Assembly (NCBI RefSeq): GCF_964355755.1
Contig: NC_092674.1
Coordinates: 29,326,001-29,390,000, forward strand
Direction: 5' to 3'
Source of the DNA: Antedon mediterranea
Lineage: Eukaryota > Animalia > Echinodermata
DNA: 64,000 nt
Shown: one piece after another, positions 21,901-32,391 of the stretch
How the letters are laid out: each line of letters opens with the position of its first letter
Numbering within the stretch: position 1 is the stretch's first letter
Program-made: the position numbers and the translations under genes
Notes under the pieces: generated by a model
Told to the model about the DNA's origin: nothing
Database searches by the model: none
Seen by the model: the letters and a program-made list of their open reading frames with translations, nothing else

Positions 21901-24541
21901 ATCCCTCCAGCTCTTCTATTACTGAATACTGTTGTACCATAAACATACTGAAACTAATAAAATCACTTAATAATAATTCTGCAACAAAATGTCCTCTACA
22001 GGTAGTGATGTTGTTCACCCATCCAAGTGGTCGCCAAGTACCTTTGGTTTTACCGCCAAGAAGTCTGCTGGTTCTCTCTGGTGAGGCACGCTACCTCTGG
22101 TCTCATGGGTAAATAGAAATTTCTACGTATTTATTATCTTGGCTTTCTCTGTTTATATAGTATGTACAGAGGCAGGTTTCATTTTTGTGATTTGAGTTAA
22201 AGGTCTTTATAAGCCAATCAGCATCAGGTAGAGAATACTTGTCCTATTTAAAATGTTGCATTTACAGTACTTGTATTTCTTCGTGTAGAATAATATCGAG
22301 AAAAAGTGATGTAGTACCAACCAAAGACGGGTTAAGTGAGGGTGCCCTAACTGTTGTTCCAAGAGGTGTTCGCACTTCCTTTACCTTCAGATCAGTGAAG
22401 TGGACTCCATGTAAATGCGGTAAGTTGCTTAGAATAGAAATCTCGTTAAGTAGGTGATAGCATGCATTTCATTAATAGGCTTCTTTAATAGAGTATAAGT
22501 TTCAAGGATTACACTAACATTAACAATTTGTCTTCTAGCATTTCCTGAAAGATGTGATAGCCAAGGTTATGTGAAAGACTCTGAGGCACTAAGTAGCACT
22601 TCTAAGACCCCAGTTAAGCTGCCAAGCACAGAGCATGAAGCAGCTACGTTAGAAGCCAGTCATGTTCACGATGTGTACGACAATATAGCGTCACATTTCA
22701 GCGAAACAAGATATAAGGCATGGCCGCCAGTTGTTGACTTCCTGCAGGGGATACCGTTTGGCTCAATCGTTCTGGATATAGGTGAGGAAGCGTCAAAATT
22801 CTGTTGTAACACAGTCATATTGTTTAAAAAAACGGTGTTTACTAAGCTGTGATTTAATGCATTTTTGTTAAACTCTGTCTACACTATCAAACTAGTTTGA
22901 CAAAAAAAGTGTGATGTGCCCAAATATAGTAGTGATATGCCCAAATATGGTAGTGATATGCTCAAATATGGTAGTGATATGCTCAAATATGGTAGTGATA
23001 TGCCCAAATATGGTAGTGATATGCCCAAATATGGTAGTAATATTCCCAAATATGGTAGTAAAATTACATCATCGTGTCTATATATGGACACATTAAATTT
23101 TTTTGTCACATAAAGTTTGATAGTGTAGAGAGAGCTTTGCTAAAAAAATTTCTTTTTTTAGGCTGTGGAAACGGAAAATATCTTGGAATAAATTCAAACC
23201 TTTATAAGGTAGAATATGTCACTGCATTTTTGTAATTAATTAATTGTAATACAAAATATTCTAAATGCAAATTATAATATTAACTAAATACAGTTCAATC
23301 AACATAAGTTTAATGTTTTTGATAGTTTGGATGTGATCGTAGTCGTAATCTTGTCAGCGTGTGTCGCGAGAGGTCGCATCAAGCCTTTGTTTGCGACTCG
23401 CTTTCCTTACCAGTTCGTGGCAATTCTCTGGATGTCTGCATTTGTATTGCCGTTCTACACCATTTTACAACTGCGGTAGGTTATGTTTGATTACACGCCA
23501 TAACTTATTTTTTATTCAATACAATCCAATTTTCTTTATAATTTGTGGCATTAAGGCTTTAACATAATGAACTGTCAGTATAAATCTATAAAGCTCTGTC
23601 TACACTATCAAACTACTTTGACAAAACAAGTGTGATTTGCCCAAATATGGTAGTGATATGGATAAATATAGTAGTGCTATGGATAAATATGGTAGTGCTA
23701 TTGATAAATATGGTAGTGATATGACATCATCATGTCCATATATGGGCACATCAAATTTTGTTGTCACATAAAGTTTGATAGTGTAGAAAGAGCTTGAGTC
23801 TATAAGGAATTGCTAATAATTATGCATACTTTGTATTGTTTGCAGGAGAGAAGATTACATGGCCTCAAAGAAATCGTTCGCGTTTTACGACCCGGTGGTA
23901 AAGCTCTGGTTACCGTGTGGGCGCTAGAACAAGAAAAGAATAAGAAAAAATCAACGTACTTAAAAAAGACAAAATCAGATGCCAAGAGTCGGTCAAATAA
24001 AATTGGTGCAATACAAGATAGAAAGATTGAGAATAAATTGGGTGTAGAAGATATAAATATTTCTAATTTAAATATAGAAGAATTATCGGATGACAAATTA
24101 TGTTCCTCAGGAGGAGCAACTCAAGGTGATAAAATAGATTCCTTAAAAGTTTGTGGAGAGGAAGCAGGGACCACTTTAATGAACAGTTCTGATTTATCAG
24201 AAACTACTGGAAAATCAGAATCTGCTACCTCAGAAATTACCATCAATGAAAATGTAGCTAGCTTAGGAGATACTGGTGTAGAAGCACCTGTTAATTCCGA
24301 CTTGAATGTCCACTCTAACAGAACTCAGTTTAAACAGCAAGACATGCTTGTACCATGGCATTTTAAAAAGCCAGGAGAGAAAGTGACGAGTGAAAAAGAT
24401 TTTGAGGTGTACCATAGGTTCTACCACGTGTTTGTGGACGGGGAGCTCCAGTCTTTATGTTCAGAACTTTCTGATGTCACAATTGACAAATGTTATTATG
24501 TAGAAGGCAACTGGTTTATAATATTTCAAAAGAATTTTTAA
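18964..24541 (+). CDS. ALKBH8: tRNA wobble-uridine methyltransferase/hydroxylase ALKBH8 (RRM, AlkB 2OG-Fe(II) dioxygenase and Trm9-like SAM methyltransferase domains)
   Basis: GT-AG coding exons at approximately 18964-19107, 19656-19896, 20814-20951, 21145-21342, 21811-21881, 22002-22108, 22289-22419, 22540-22781, 23163-23208, 23326-23476 and 23846-24541. Motifs: VANGGL and KPYSFV (RRM); [25 protein letters not shown] and RTSFTFR (AlkB); [17 protein letters not shown] and LDIGCGNGKY (methyltransferase); [15 protein letters not shown] and GNW at the C-terminus. Confidence 0.96.
20356..20760 (+). repeat. Tandem repeat of about 100-115 bp, four copies, in an ALKBH8 intron
   Basis: Recurring CCATTATTATAACATACT...TAATTTATATTTCCAAAATGACACTAACAC. 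Confidence 0.85.
22870..23136. mobile_element. MITE family B (Harbinger-like) with a variable number of internal 21-bp repeats; representative copy
   Basis: TIR AGCTCTGTCTACACTATCAAACT...AGTTTGATAGTGTAGACAGAGCT with internal (ATATGCCCAAATATGGTAGTG)n. Other copies start near 3770, 17498, 21356, 23592, 27951, 29620, 34827, 36914, 38241, 40004, 52296, 56851, 57805, 59379, 62044 and 62749. Confidence 0.88.
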
Positions 24542-24711
24542 TAATTAATTATTATAAAGATGTAGATCAGAAAACAAAATGTGTCGTAGTTTTTTTTTCT
24601 GTTAAGATTCTTTATATTTGATATTAAATTAATTGTTCATACTGTATATTTTTATGCAACTCATATTGAAATTAAATAATCAAAAAATATTTAGTATCTT
24701 CTTTTGTATTA

Positions 24712-24737
24712 TTTATTCCAAACAAATATGAAATAAA
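24712..24737. terminator. Paired polyadenylation signals of the convergent ALKBH8 and SLC30A9 genes
   Basis: TTTATT (AATAAA on minus) at 24712-24717 and AATAAA on plus at 24732-24737, between stop codons only 688 bp apart. Confidence 0.5.
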
Positions 24738-25229
24738 AAATTCAAAAGTGTATTAGCTAAAACTAGCGTTGATTTTACAATTGTTATACTGTATTACTGT
24801 ACATTGTACAGTTAAACAAACTAGAGTTTGATGTCTTATCGCCAATGTAGTTAAATAAAACATATGTACAGTACCTCCAAGAAGGTGCTTACATAAAACA
24901 AAACATACAAAATATTTAGTTTTTGTGGAATTAAATATAATATAAAATATCCAATACTGTTTTTGTACTTTAATAGCATGTTAACAATAACATAAATGCA
25001 CACATTTACATGAAAATAACATTAAAATTGCCACATGCCATCAGTACTGTATGTGTATACTTCAATAGTAACACACAACTCGTTTGAATTATTTAAGCCT
25101 TTAAAATGTAGCAAAAACATCCATATTTTGGGACTTAGCTACAGGGCATGGTAGTATGTGTTCCCTCCGACAACCATCACAGAAACTTGGCCTAAGAGCC
25201 TGGTAGGATGTGTAGTTCCCTGACATCCA

Positions 25230-28200
25230 TCACAGGATTTCCAGATCAACATGCCTGACATCCGAGTTTATTTTCTGTAGAGAAATGAATATGATATAAT
25301 AAACAATCATGCTTAATGATTTTTTCCAAATCATCACTTTTCAATACAATATTTGCATTGGTTATTGCGAATGACAACTGACCTTAATTTGTTTCTCGAT
25401 GCGGTCAACTTCGACCCCAAGATTATCAATGATATTTTCACCATGACGAAGCATGAATTGTTCTAGTTGTTCCAAAGATTCAAACTCCTTCATATCCTGT
25501 AAAAAAAAATTTACAGTTACAATCTGATATCTGTCCATAAAACAATAATGTCTGCTTTTTAGAATATTGAATAAGAAATCATGCTATTTTTAAGAAAATA
25601 ATATATTGTATATACACTGTATTTCATTCAAATATTTAAGTTTGTGAGTGGCTGAGCGGTTAAGACAGTGGAACCGTAATTACGTAGCCATAACATCGGC
25701 AGGGGTTCGAGGCTCACTCACTCCATGGTTCTGGTGGTAGAACGAGTCTTCTCGGATAAGGACTATAAACCGTAGGTCCAGTGTACACATCTAGCTCGTG
25801 TGCACTTTATAGAACCTAGTACATCTTTCGAGAAGAGTAGGGGGTTACCCCGGTGTACCCCGGTGTACCCCAGTGTATTAGTACACCACAGCCACTGATC
25901 ACCAACTGGGCCCTCTGGGAGACCAGTCTTTGACTGAAGAGGTTACCCAGTATAAATATAAATTTCAATCAATTCAATCAATTACCTTTAACATAGATTC
26001 TATATCTTGTCCGTCAAGATATGACCTGGTCACTTCTTGTCCATCAAAGTCCACTTCAGCCTTGAATCGGATTTTATCCACCCCCATAACAGTGGCTTTC
26101 ACATCATACACGCCTCTAAAATTATTTCATTACAAAAAATAAAATTGAATTATTTTAAGCTTAAGCTTGGTTCTGGCTAAGATTTAGAAGCAATGCAAGC
26201 AAGTTGACCAATGACAAGCAACAGTATATCGCTTGTGATTTGTCAACATAATATATCTGACTTATTTGTGTGTAACAAATAATTCATGATTTTGGGAAAA
26301 CTTACCTGACCATAACATCATTTTCAAGTGCTTCACTGATGTGTGTCAACTGATCTTGTGGTATTGAGCGCCCTACCAATGCTTCTGTGTTGGTGTAGAT
26401 TAGAAAAGTTGAAACCACTCCTGTAAAGAAAGATGTCAAAATGTTTTCAAAACGCGTGATGTCCCCAAATATGGTAGTGATAAATATTGATAGTGTAGAC
26501 AGATAGTGTATAGCTTTAGAGAGTGAAGTAGAAATAGCCATGGGTTACAACCCTAGCACTATTTCATAATTGAACCATGTACCTTGGTATTGGAAGGAAA
26601 GTTGTTAACCACCAAGCAACAGCTTCTTTTTGGCTTCTAGAAGGCACAACAGTTACTTACCTAGAAGTCCTCCAATCACAATAGAGCCTACAGCATCGTA
26701 GACTGGACTCCCTGTCAAGGATGTTAGGCCCATACAGGTAGCTGCAACAGTTACTTACCTAGAAGTCCTCCAATCACAATAGAGCCTACAGCATCGTAGA
26801 CTGGACTCCCTGTCAAGGATGTTAGGCCCATACAGATGGCTGCAACAGTTACTTACCTAGAAGTCCTCCGATCACAATAGAGCCTACAGCATCGTAGACT
26901 GGACTCCCTGTCAAGGATGTTAGGCCCATACAGGTGGCTGCAACAGTTACTCCAATGACAGCTACAGTATCTTCTAGTAACACTACATTTACACTTGGGT
27001 CTTTACTCTGTAGAACTTGGATTGGAAGTATACGCAAATTAGAAAATGTATGTGGCAATATTGCTATAACAGGGAACAAAGTAACATTGTAACAGACTAA
27101 AATCACATTTAGCTGTTTAAAATAAGGGATGGTAATATGGTGGAGGGTAACTGCTGTATTCAGACTTATATATATATCTTCATTCCATTTAGGAAAGTAT
27201 TTGTTTCCATTCAAATATTTTTTAAGGGTTTTTCCCTTTAGCATATTTATAGAATACGGTCATAGGTCATCCAATAGACTATACAATGCAAACACAGAAT
27301 AATCTTAACCATGTGATTTATTATTTTACAGTACTTACCATAATTCATAAAACCAATTTGTTTCTTTTTTGCTTGACCTTTGATATGACTAATTGCAGCC
27401 ATCAATGTTGCTAAGTAAAGTACAAATTATGCAATTAGAAAATGTGTGTGTATGTGTTTGTATGTTACAAATACGAAATGCACTACATGCACCACAAATG
27501 GTACATAATGTGTACAAAAGTTTAAAAGAACTGATTGTCTTTTCAATATACAGTACACATTTCTTGTCATGGACAGATGTGCTAAACACAACATCGCAGA
27601 AACTAATATGCCACTCTCAGGTGAAACAAGCATTTAACATCTATATCACCTACAGTACACTAAAAACTTATTTTAAACCCAAATAATGAAATGTGTCGTA
27701 AATGTTACCGTACCTCCTTCAGAGAGAAAGGATCCACCTAATATACAGAAAGACCAAAGAAGTGATTCCATCTCCTGGGGATTAATAAGTCCCTGGATAC
27801 CATGGTATATAGACAAGCCAGCACCAACACAAAAAATACCAACTCCACTTATTAAGGAGGATACATATCTCAGATTTGAATAGCCATACCTGTATATAAA
27901 AATATTGTATAATATTAGAATGGGTACGATGTGAAACTATCAAAGGTAAAAGCTTTGTTTACACTATCAAACTAGTTTGACAAAAAAAATGTGCAATGTA
28001 CCCAAATATTTTTTTGTCACATAATGTTTGATAGTGTAGACAGAGCTTAATACAATCATGACAATAAGGCAGGAGAATATATGTAATAGAAATTCTTTTG
28101 AAAGAAGCAGTATACCGATTGACAGGTAAAAATCCCTTCCATCAAAGGGTGCAAGTCATCTCACCAAGTTGAGTCCATTTTCATTTTTCTATTAAAGAAA

Positions 28201-31179
28201 GGATGAACTTATACCCAAACAAGTGATATTTTAACAAATAGGCCCATGGGCTTATATTCAACATATACCAATGTGAATGGTATACTCACGGATGATCTGG
28301 GTTTGGTTTCTTTATAGACTGATTTATGCCGACAGCTAATATTGCTTGATTGCAGACGTCTGCTGCTGAGTGAATTGCTTCTGAGAACATACTGGCTGAA
28401 CCGGAGTACAGCCACGCTAACAGCTTGAATCCAAAATTTGCTAAATTTCTAAAAAATAATAATATAATTTCACATATCAATACAATAACATACAATATAA
28501 CATATGAAAATGAAAAATTCTTGACAGGGATAGCTTAGCAAAATACTTTGTTGTAACTCAGTTCAGTGAGCCAGTAGGTACAGTAGCTAGACCTAGACAG
28601 TTAATGCTGGGTTGTTGGCCGCTCGACACTTATGAGAGTTGAAATTAGTTTACAGTATGTGTCGTCCATATCTCGCGGAAATTCAGCACAGTTATGCTGC
28701 AATACAGGTTCTCTAGACTTTATAAAATTAGTCTGTCTAAAGTACCGTTAGACTAGGAACAAGTTTCAAATCCTACTTACATAGCAATGGCAAGCATAAC
28801 AACTTTTCCTGTACCATCAAAAAATGATTCAGTTGGCTAAATGCAAAAGATAGAAAAAACAAAAACATTAAAATCATTCATCATCAAATTGCAACTAAGA
28901 CACTAGAGTGACTAAGACACTAGTGTGACTAAGACACTAGAGTGACTAAAACACTAGTGTGACTAAAGACACTAGTGTTACTAAGTGTTACTAGTGTGAC
29001 TAAGACACTAGTGTTACTAAGTGTTACTAGTGTGACTAAGACACTAGTGTTACTAAGTGTTACTAGCGTGACTAAGACACTAGTGTTATCTATTCAAATA
29101 AATATTCAAAAATGTTGATTTTGTATACAAAAATATTTACCTTATTAGCACCAAAGAAACTGTCATGTTGTTTGATGGCTTTCTTTAATAAAAACACATC
29201 TAAACAAAAGTCATTTAAAAATATGTATTATTTACAAATGTAGAAAAAGTTGTTATACATACGGTAAGCCAAGCAATGAAATGCAGGCCCTATTATAGCA
29301 ATCAATATTTAAACACTATGATAGGCCTATTGAAGACTTTTATTAGTGGGCTTATCCCATCAATCTGAAATGCTCAGAGAAATTGGTTTTGGTTTTAACA
29401 GAATCTGTGTGTAGATTGCAGTGGCCTGCTTTAACCAATTTACAATATATAAATATAATGGAAAACTTACTTTCTTTTTGATCTTCCTCCTGCTGTTTCT
29501 TCTTTATTATTGCCCTATTGAGCGCTTCAGAGCTTCCCCATACCTCAAGAGCCCTGAAAATGAAACAAAACTATTTAATTCAGTTTTATTTGCATAATAA
29601 ACAATGATTATCACTATAAAGCTATGTCTACACTATCAAACTTTATGTGACAAAAAAAATGTGATGTGTCCATATATGGACATGATGATGTGATATCACT
29701 ACCATATTTGGGCATATCACTACCATATTTGGGCATATCACTACTATAGGTCTATTGGGCATATCACACTTTTTTGTGTCAAACTAGGTTGATAGTATAG
29801 ATAGAGCGTTATATGTGTATAACTAGTTATAATTAATTCATACTTAGCCTCAACATCTAAACGCAAATAGACCATCAACGTTTGCTGATTGTCGTATGGA
29901 CTTCTCCTCGCTGTCTTCCGCAAATTCTCTAAATCACTGTTGATAAATAATGCAAAAGAAAATATGAAACATTTAAATGTTTAATATGGACGGTTCTGTG
30001 TCTATGGGCCTAGTCCTTTACTTTCTTTCAGAAATTCTTATTTATTTTTTTTATTTGAAGGTGAAAACATATGTGTACCTTGATTTTAATAAATATTCCT
30101 TCATAGCACGAATAGCTGTGATGGTGGAATTGTCGCTATATTTACGGCTGTAATCCACTTTTTTGCGTCGAAACATGTAAGGCTTTATGATTTCTGAAGA
30201 ATAAAAATATTAAAAAGTATGATACTAAATAATCTTATGATACAATTAAAATTATTGTGTGAATTTTTTCTCAATATTTTTTATTTACTTTTCAATTCTG
30301 CCTCACCCTCTGTTGTGACCTCTGGTACCTTATGTTGGTTTTCAATGTTATTAGTAAAATCATCATTTGTGCCATCTGGTGTTCGAGATGTTTTATCTTC
30401 TTCATTTGAGTCATTATTTGTGCCAGCTTTTAATGTTTTATCAGGATCGTCTGTGGGTGCTTTGTTACATAAAGTTCTTACAGCTTCAAAAACTAAAATT
30501 TTGCTATAGGTTTCTGGATACAGTATTTTAAATATATTCCCTATTGAAAAAAAGCAGAAACAAACTATCAATAAATTATCTAAAATAAATTTTAAATAGT
30601 TTAAATAAAACATAATTATTAATTCAGAAATGTTTGCACCAGACATATTAAGTATTAATAAATTTTGCAAGGAGTAAAATATAAATATTATGTAGTCATT
30701 AAAATAGTTTCAAATAAACTTTAAATTATTAATTCTGAAATGTTTACACCAGACACTATTATAAAAGATTTTAATAATTTGAATTTTAATAATATTAGCA
30801 TTTATTATTAATTTTGTAAAGAGCAAAAGTTACACACACATAGCACACAGGATCTTTTACTAATTATTATTTTATCATTATTATTATTATTATTAATTAA
30901 CGATATTTTGTAATTCTAACCTTTTGAAAAACTTGTGGTCGATATGTTTAAAACATGGCCTGTTTTTTTAACATTACTTTTAGAATGTATGTGTTTGTGA
31001 ATATAGTTAGATTTAAATTTAATGGGATAATCACACACGGATAAATACATTTTGCTAGGCCTCCGTAGACAAGTCATACTAGCAGAGCTCGCACTAACGA
31101 CATGGGAGAAGGATCGGTTTATCGACAGTACGCTCTGCGTTTGATTACGGAGGCCAAGGCCTAGGCTAAACATTGCCAT
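25230..31179 (-). CDS. SLC30A9: Zinc transporter 9 (mitochondrial cation diffusion facilitator), multi-exon
   Basis: Arg/Ser-rich N-terminal presequence, then ITAIRAMKEYLLK, RRSPY, EVWGSSEAL, GSASMFSEAIHSAADVCNQ, YGYSNLRYVSSLISGVGIFCVGAGLS, DPSVNVVLLEDTVAVIGV, NTEALVGRSI and C-terminal VRHVDLEIL-stop (TGA 25232-25230). All are characteristic of ZnT9. Confidence 0.96.
25644..25981 (+). mobile_element. tRNA-derived SINE, full length; central part resembles conserved metazoan SINE cores (Meta-domain-like)
   Basis: A box TGGCTGAGCGG, B box GGTTCGAGGC, core GGATAAGGACTATAAACCGTAGGTCC...GTGCACTTTA.AGAACC...GAGTAGGGGG and a (TCAA)n tail. A near-identical inverted copy lies at 57998-58317. Confidence 0.85.
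26647..26951 (-). repeat. Three tandem 98-bp copies of an SLC30A9 exon 3' end plus splice donor
   Basis: AGTTACT recurs at 26651, 26749, 26847 and 26945; each unit encodes VAA(T/I)CMGLTSLTGSPVYDAVGSIVIGGLL followed by GTAAGT. Confidence 0.95.
28894..29087. repeat. Minisatellite of 17-18-bp units (ACTAAGACACTAGTGTG and variants)
   Basis: About 11 consecutive units containing the palindrome ACACTAGTGT. Confidence 0.9.
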
Positions 31180-31815
31180 TTTATTCCTTGTTTTGGTTAG
31201 CGATATTGAATTTTCGAAGAACTAGTGGCACGGCCGACATTATTTATCGTTATACTACCGATAAAACCACTTGAAACATTTCTAATTATAAATAAATATT
31301 GTATTTTAAAAAGTTGTCTTTCGCAATCGATCATCCGATCAAAATTTCCATCAATGGAAAAAAACAAAAACAAACCATTCAAAATTGCCAAGAATCAAAA
31401 TAATACTACTAAAACCAATTAATACTAAATTCTCTTAAAAACTAAATATAGTAGTTAATACTTCAACAGAACATTATACAATATTTGTGAGTAATATATT
31501 CAATCATTATAAAGTGATTTCTAAGGATATTTAAGTAATATTTAAAATAGTTACACACACATTAAAACAATCCATGAAAATTCCTGGCAATCTCCAAAAT
31601 AAAATACCAGCACAGCGCCCTCATTAGTAATGTTTACATTCATTGGTTTTTCATCGGAAACAGAAGTTTCGCACAGATTTCGAACCTACAAAAGCTTCTG
31701 TCTTAGATGTTTTGCATTCATTTTGGAATAAATGATGATTTACATTTAAACACCGTTATTTTAAGACTGTTATAAACCAACCTACAATGATTATCCGGTA
31801 GTTTTACAACAGCAG
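31180..31815. promoter_or_regulatory. Probable bidirectional promoter region of SLC30A9 and BLTP1, with a likely non-coding BLTP1 first exon
   Basis: Divergent start codons 1.2 kb apart (31179 and 32392); candidate donor CAG|GTAGGG at 31814/31815; locally more CpG. Start sites are not directly visible. Confidence 0.55.
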
Positions 31816-32391
31816 GTAGGGCCTAGGCCTAAAAATGCTCTGAATGAAGTGGGGCGTGTGTGTGTGTGAAAGGTAAAAAGGGGAGCAATGTATGGCTCAA
31901 ATGTCAATGAGCATGGTGTCGGTGAAAGTTTTCTATATTATGCCCAATTTATAATCATTCCGGCCCAAATATGGTCGTAACCGGAAATGTATGACAGTCA
32001 AAATCGCAGGTATAATAATGGGATATGTTTTGTTATTGTTAAACATACTGACAGTCTAAATTAAATTTTTTTTTTATTTAGTAGAACTAATATAATAATA
32101 TGTCAATTGATTAAAATTGTTTCCTGAAGTAAAGGAAGCATTTATCTCCATGTTCTGACTGAGTCTACAATTCATTACAAAACAGTAGACTACTGTTAGT
32201 AAAAATCTATGTTATAATATATACTGAAATTGATTATACATAATGGGTTTTTAATTAATTACGTTCTGTGATGGATCTGAAATGTCAATCATCTTGTTTT
32301 TTTGTCATTAAGCTTTATTTCAGAAATTATTTTAAAATTAAATTTAAATGTTTAATATTTTTATTTTTTAAAGATTTAATAGGTCTAAAAA

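Noticed and set aside
22879-23113. Repetitive ORFs (LPYLGIS)n, (PNMVVIC)n and (MPKYGSD)n
   Set aside because: By-products of the 21-bp repeat inside an intronic MITE.
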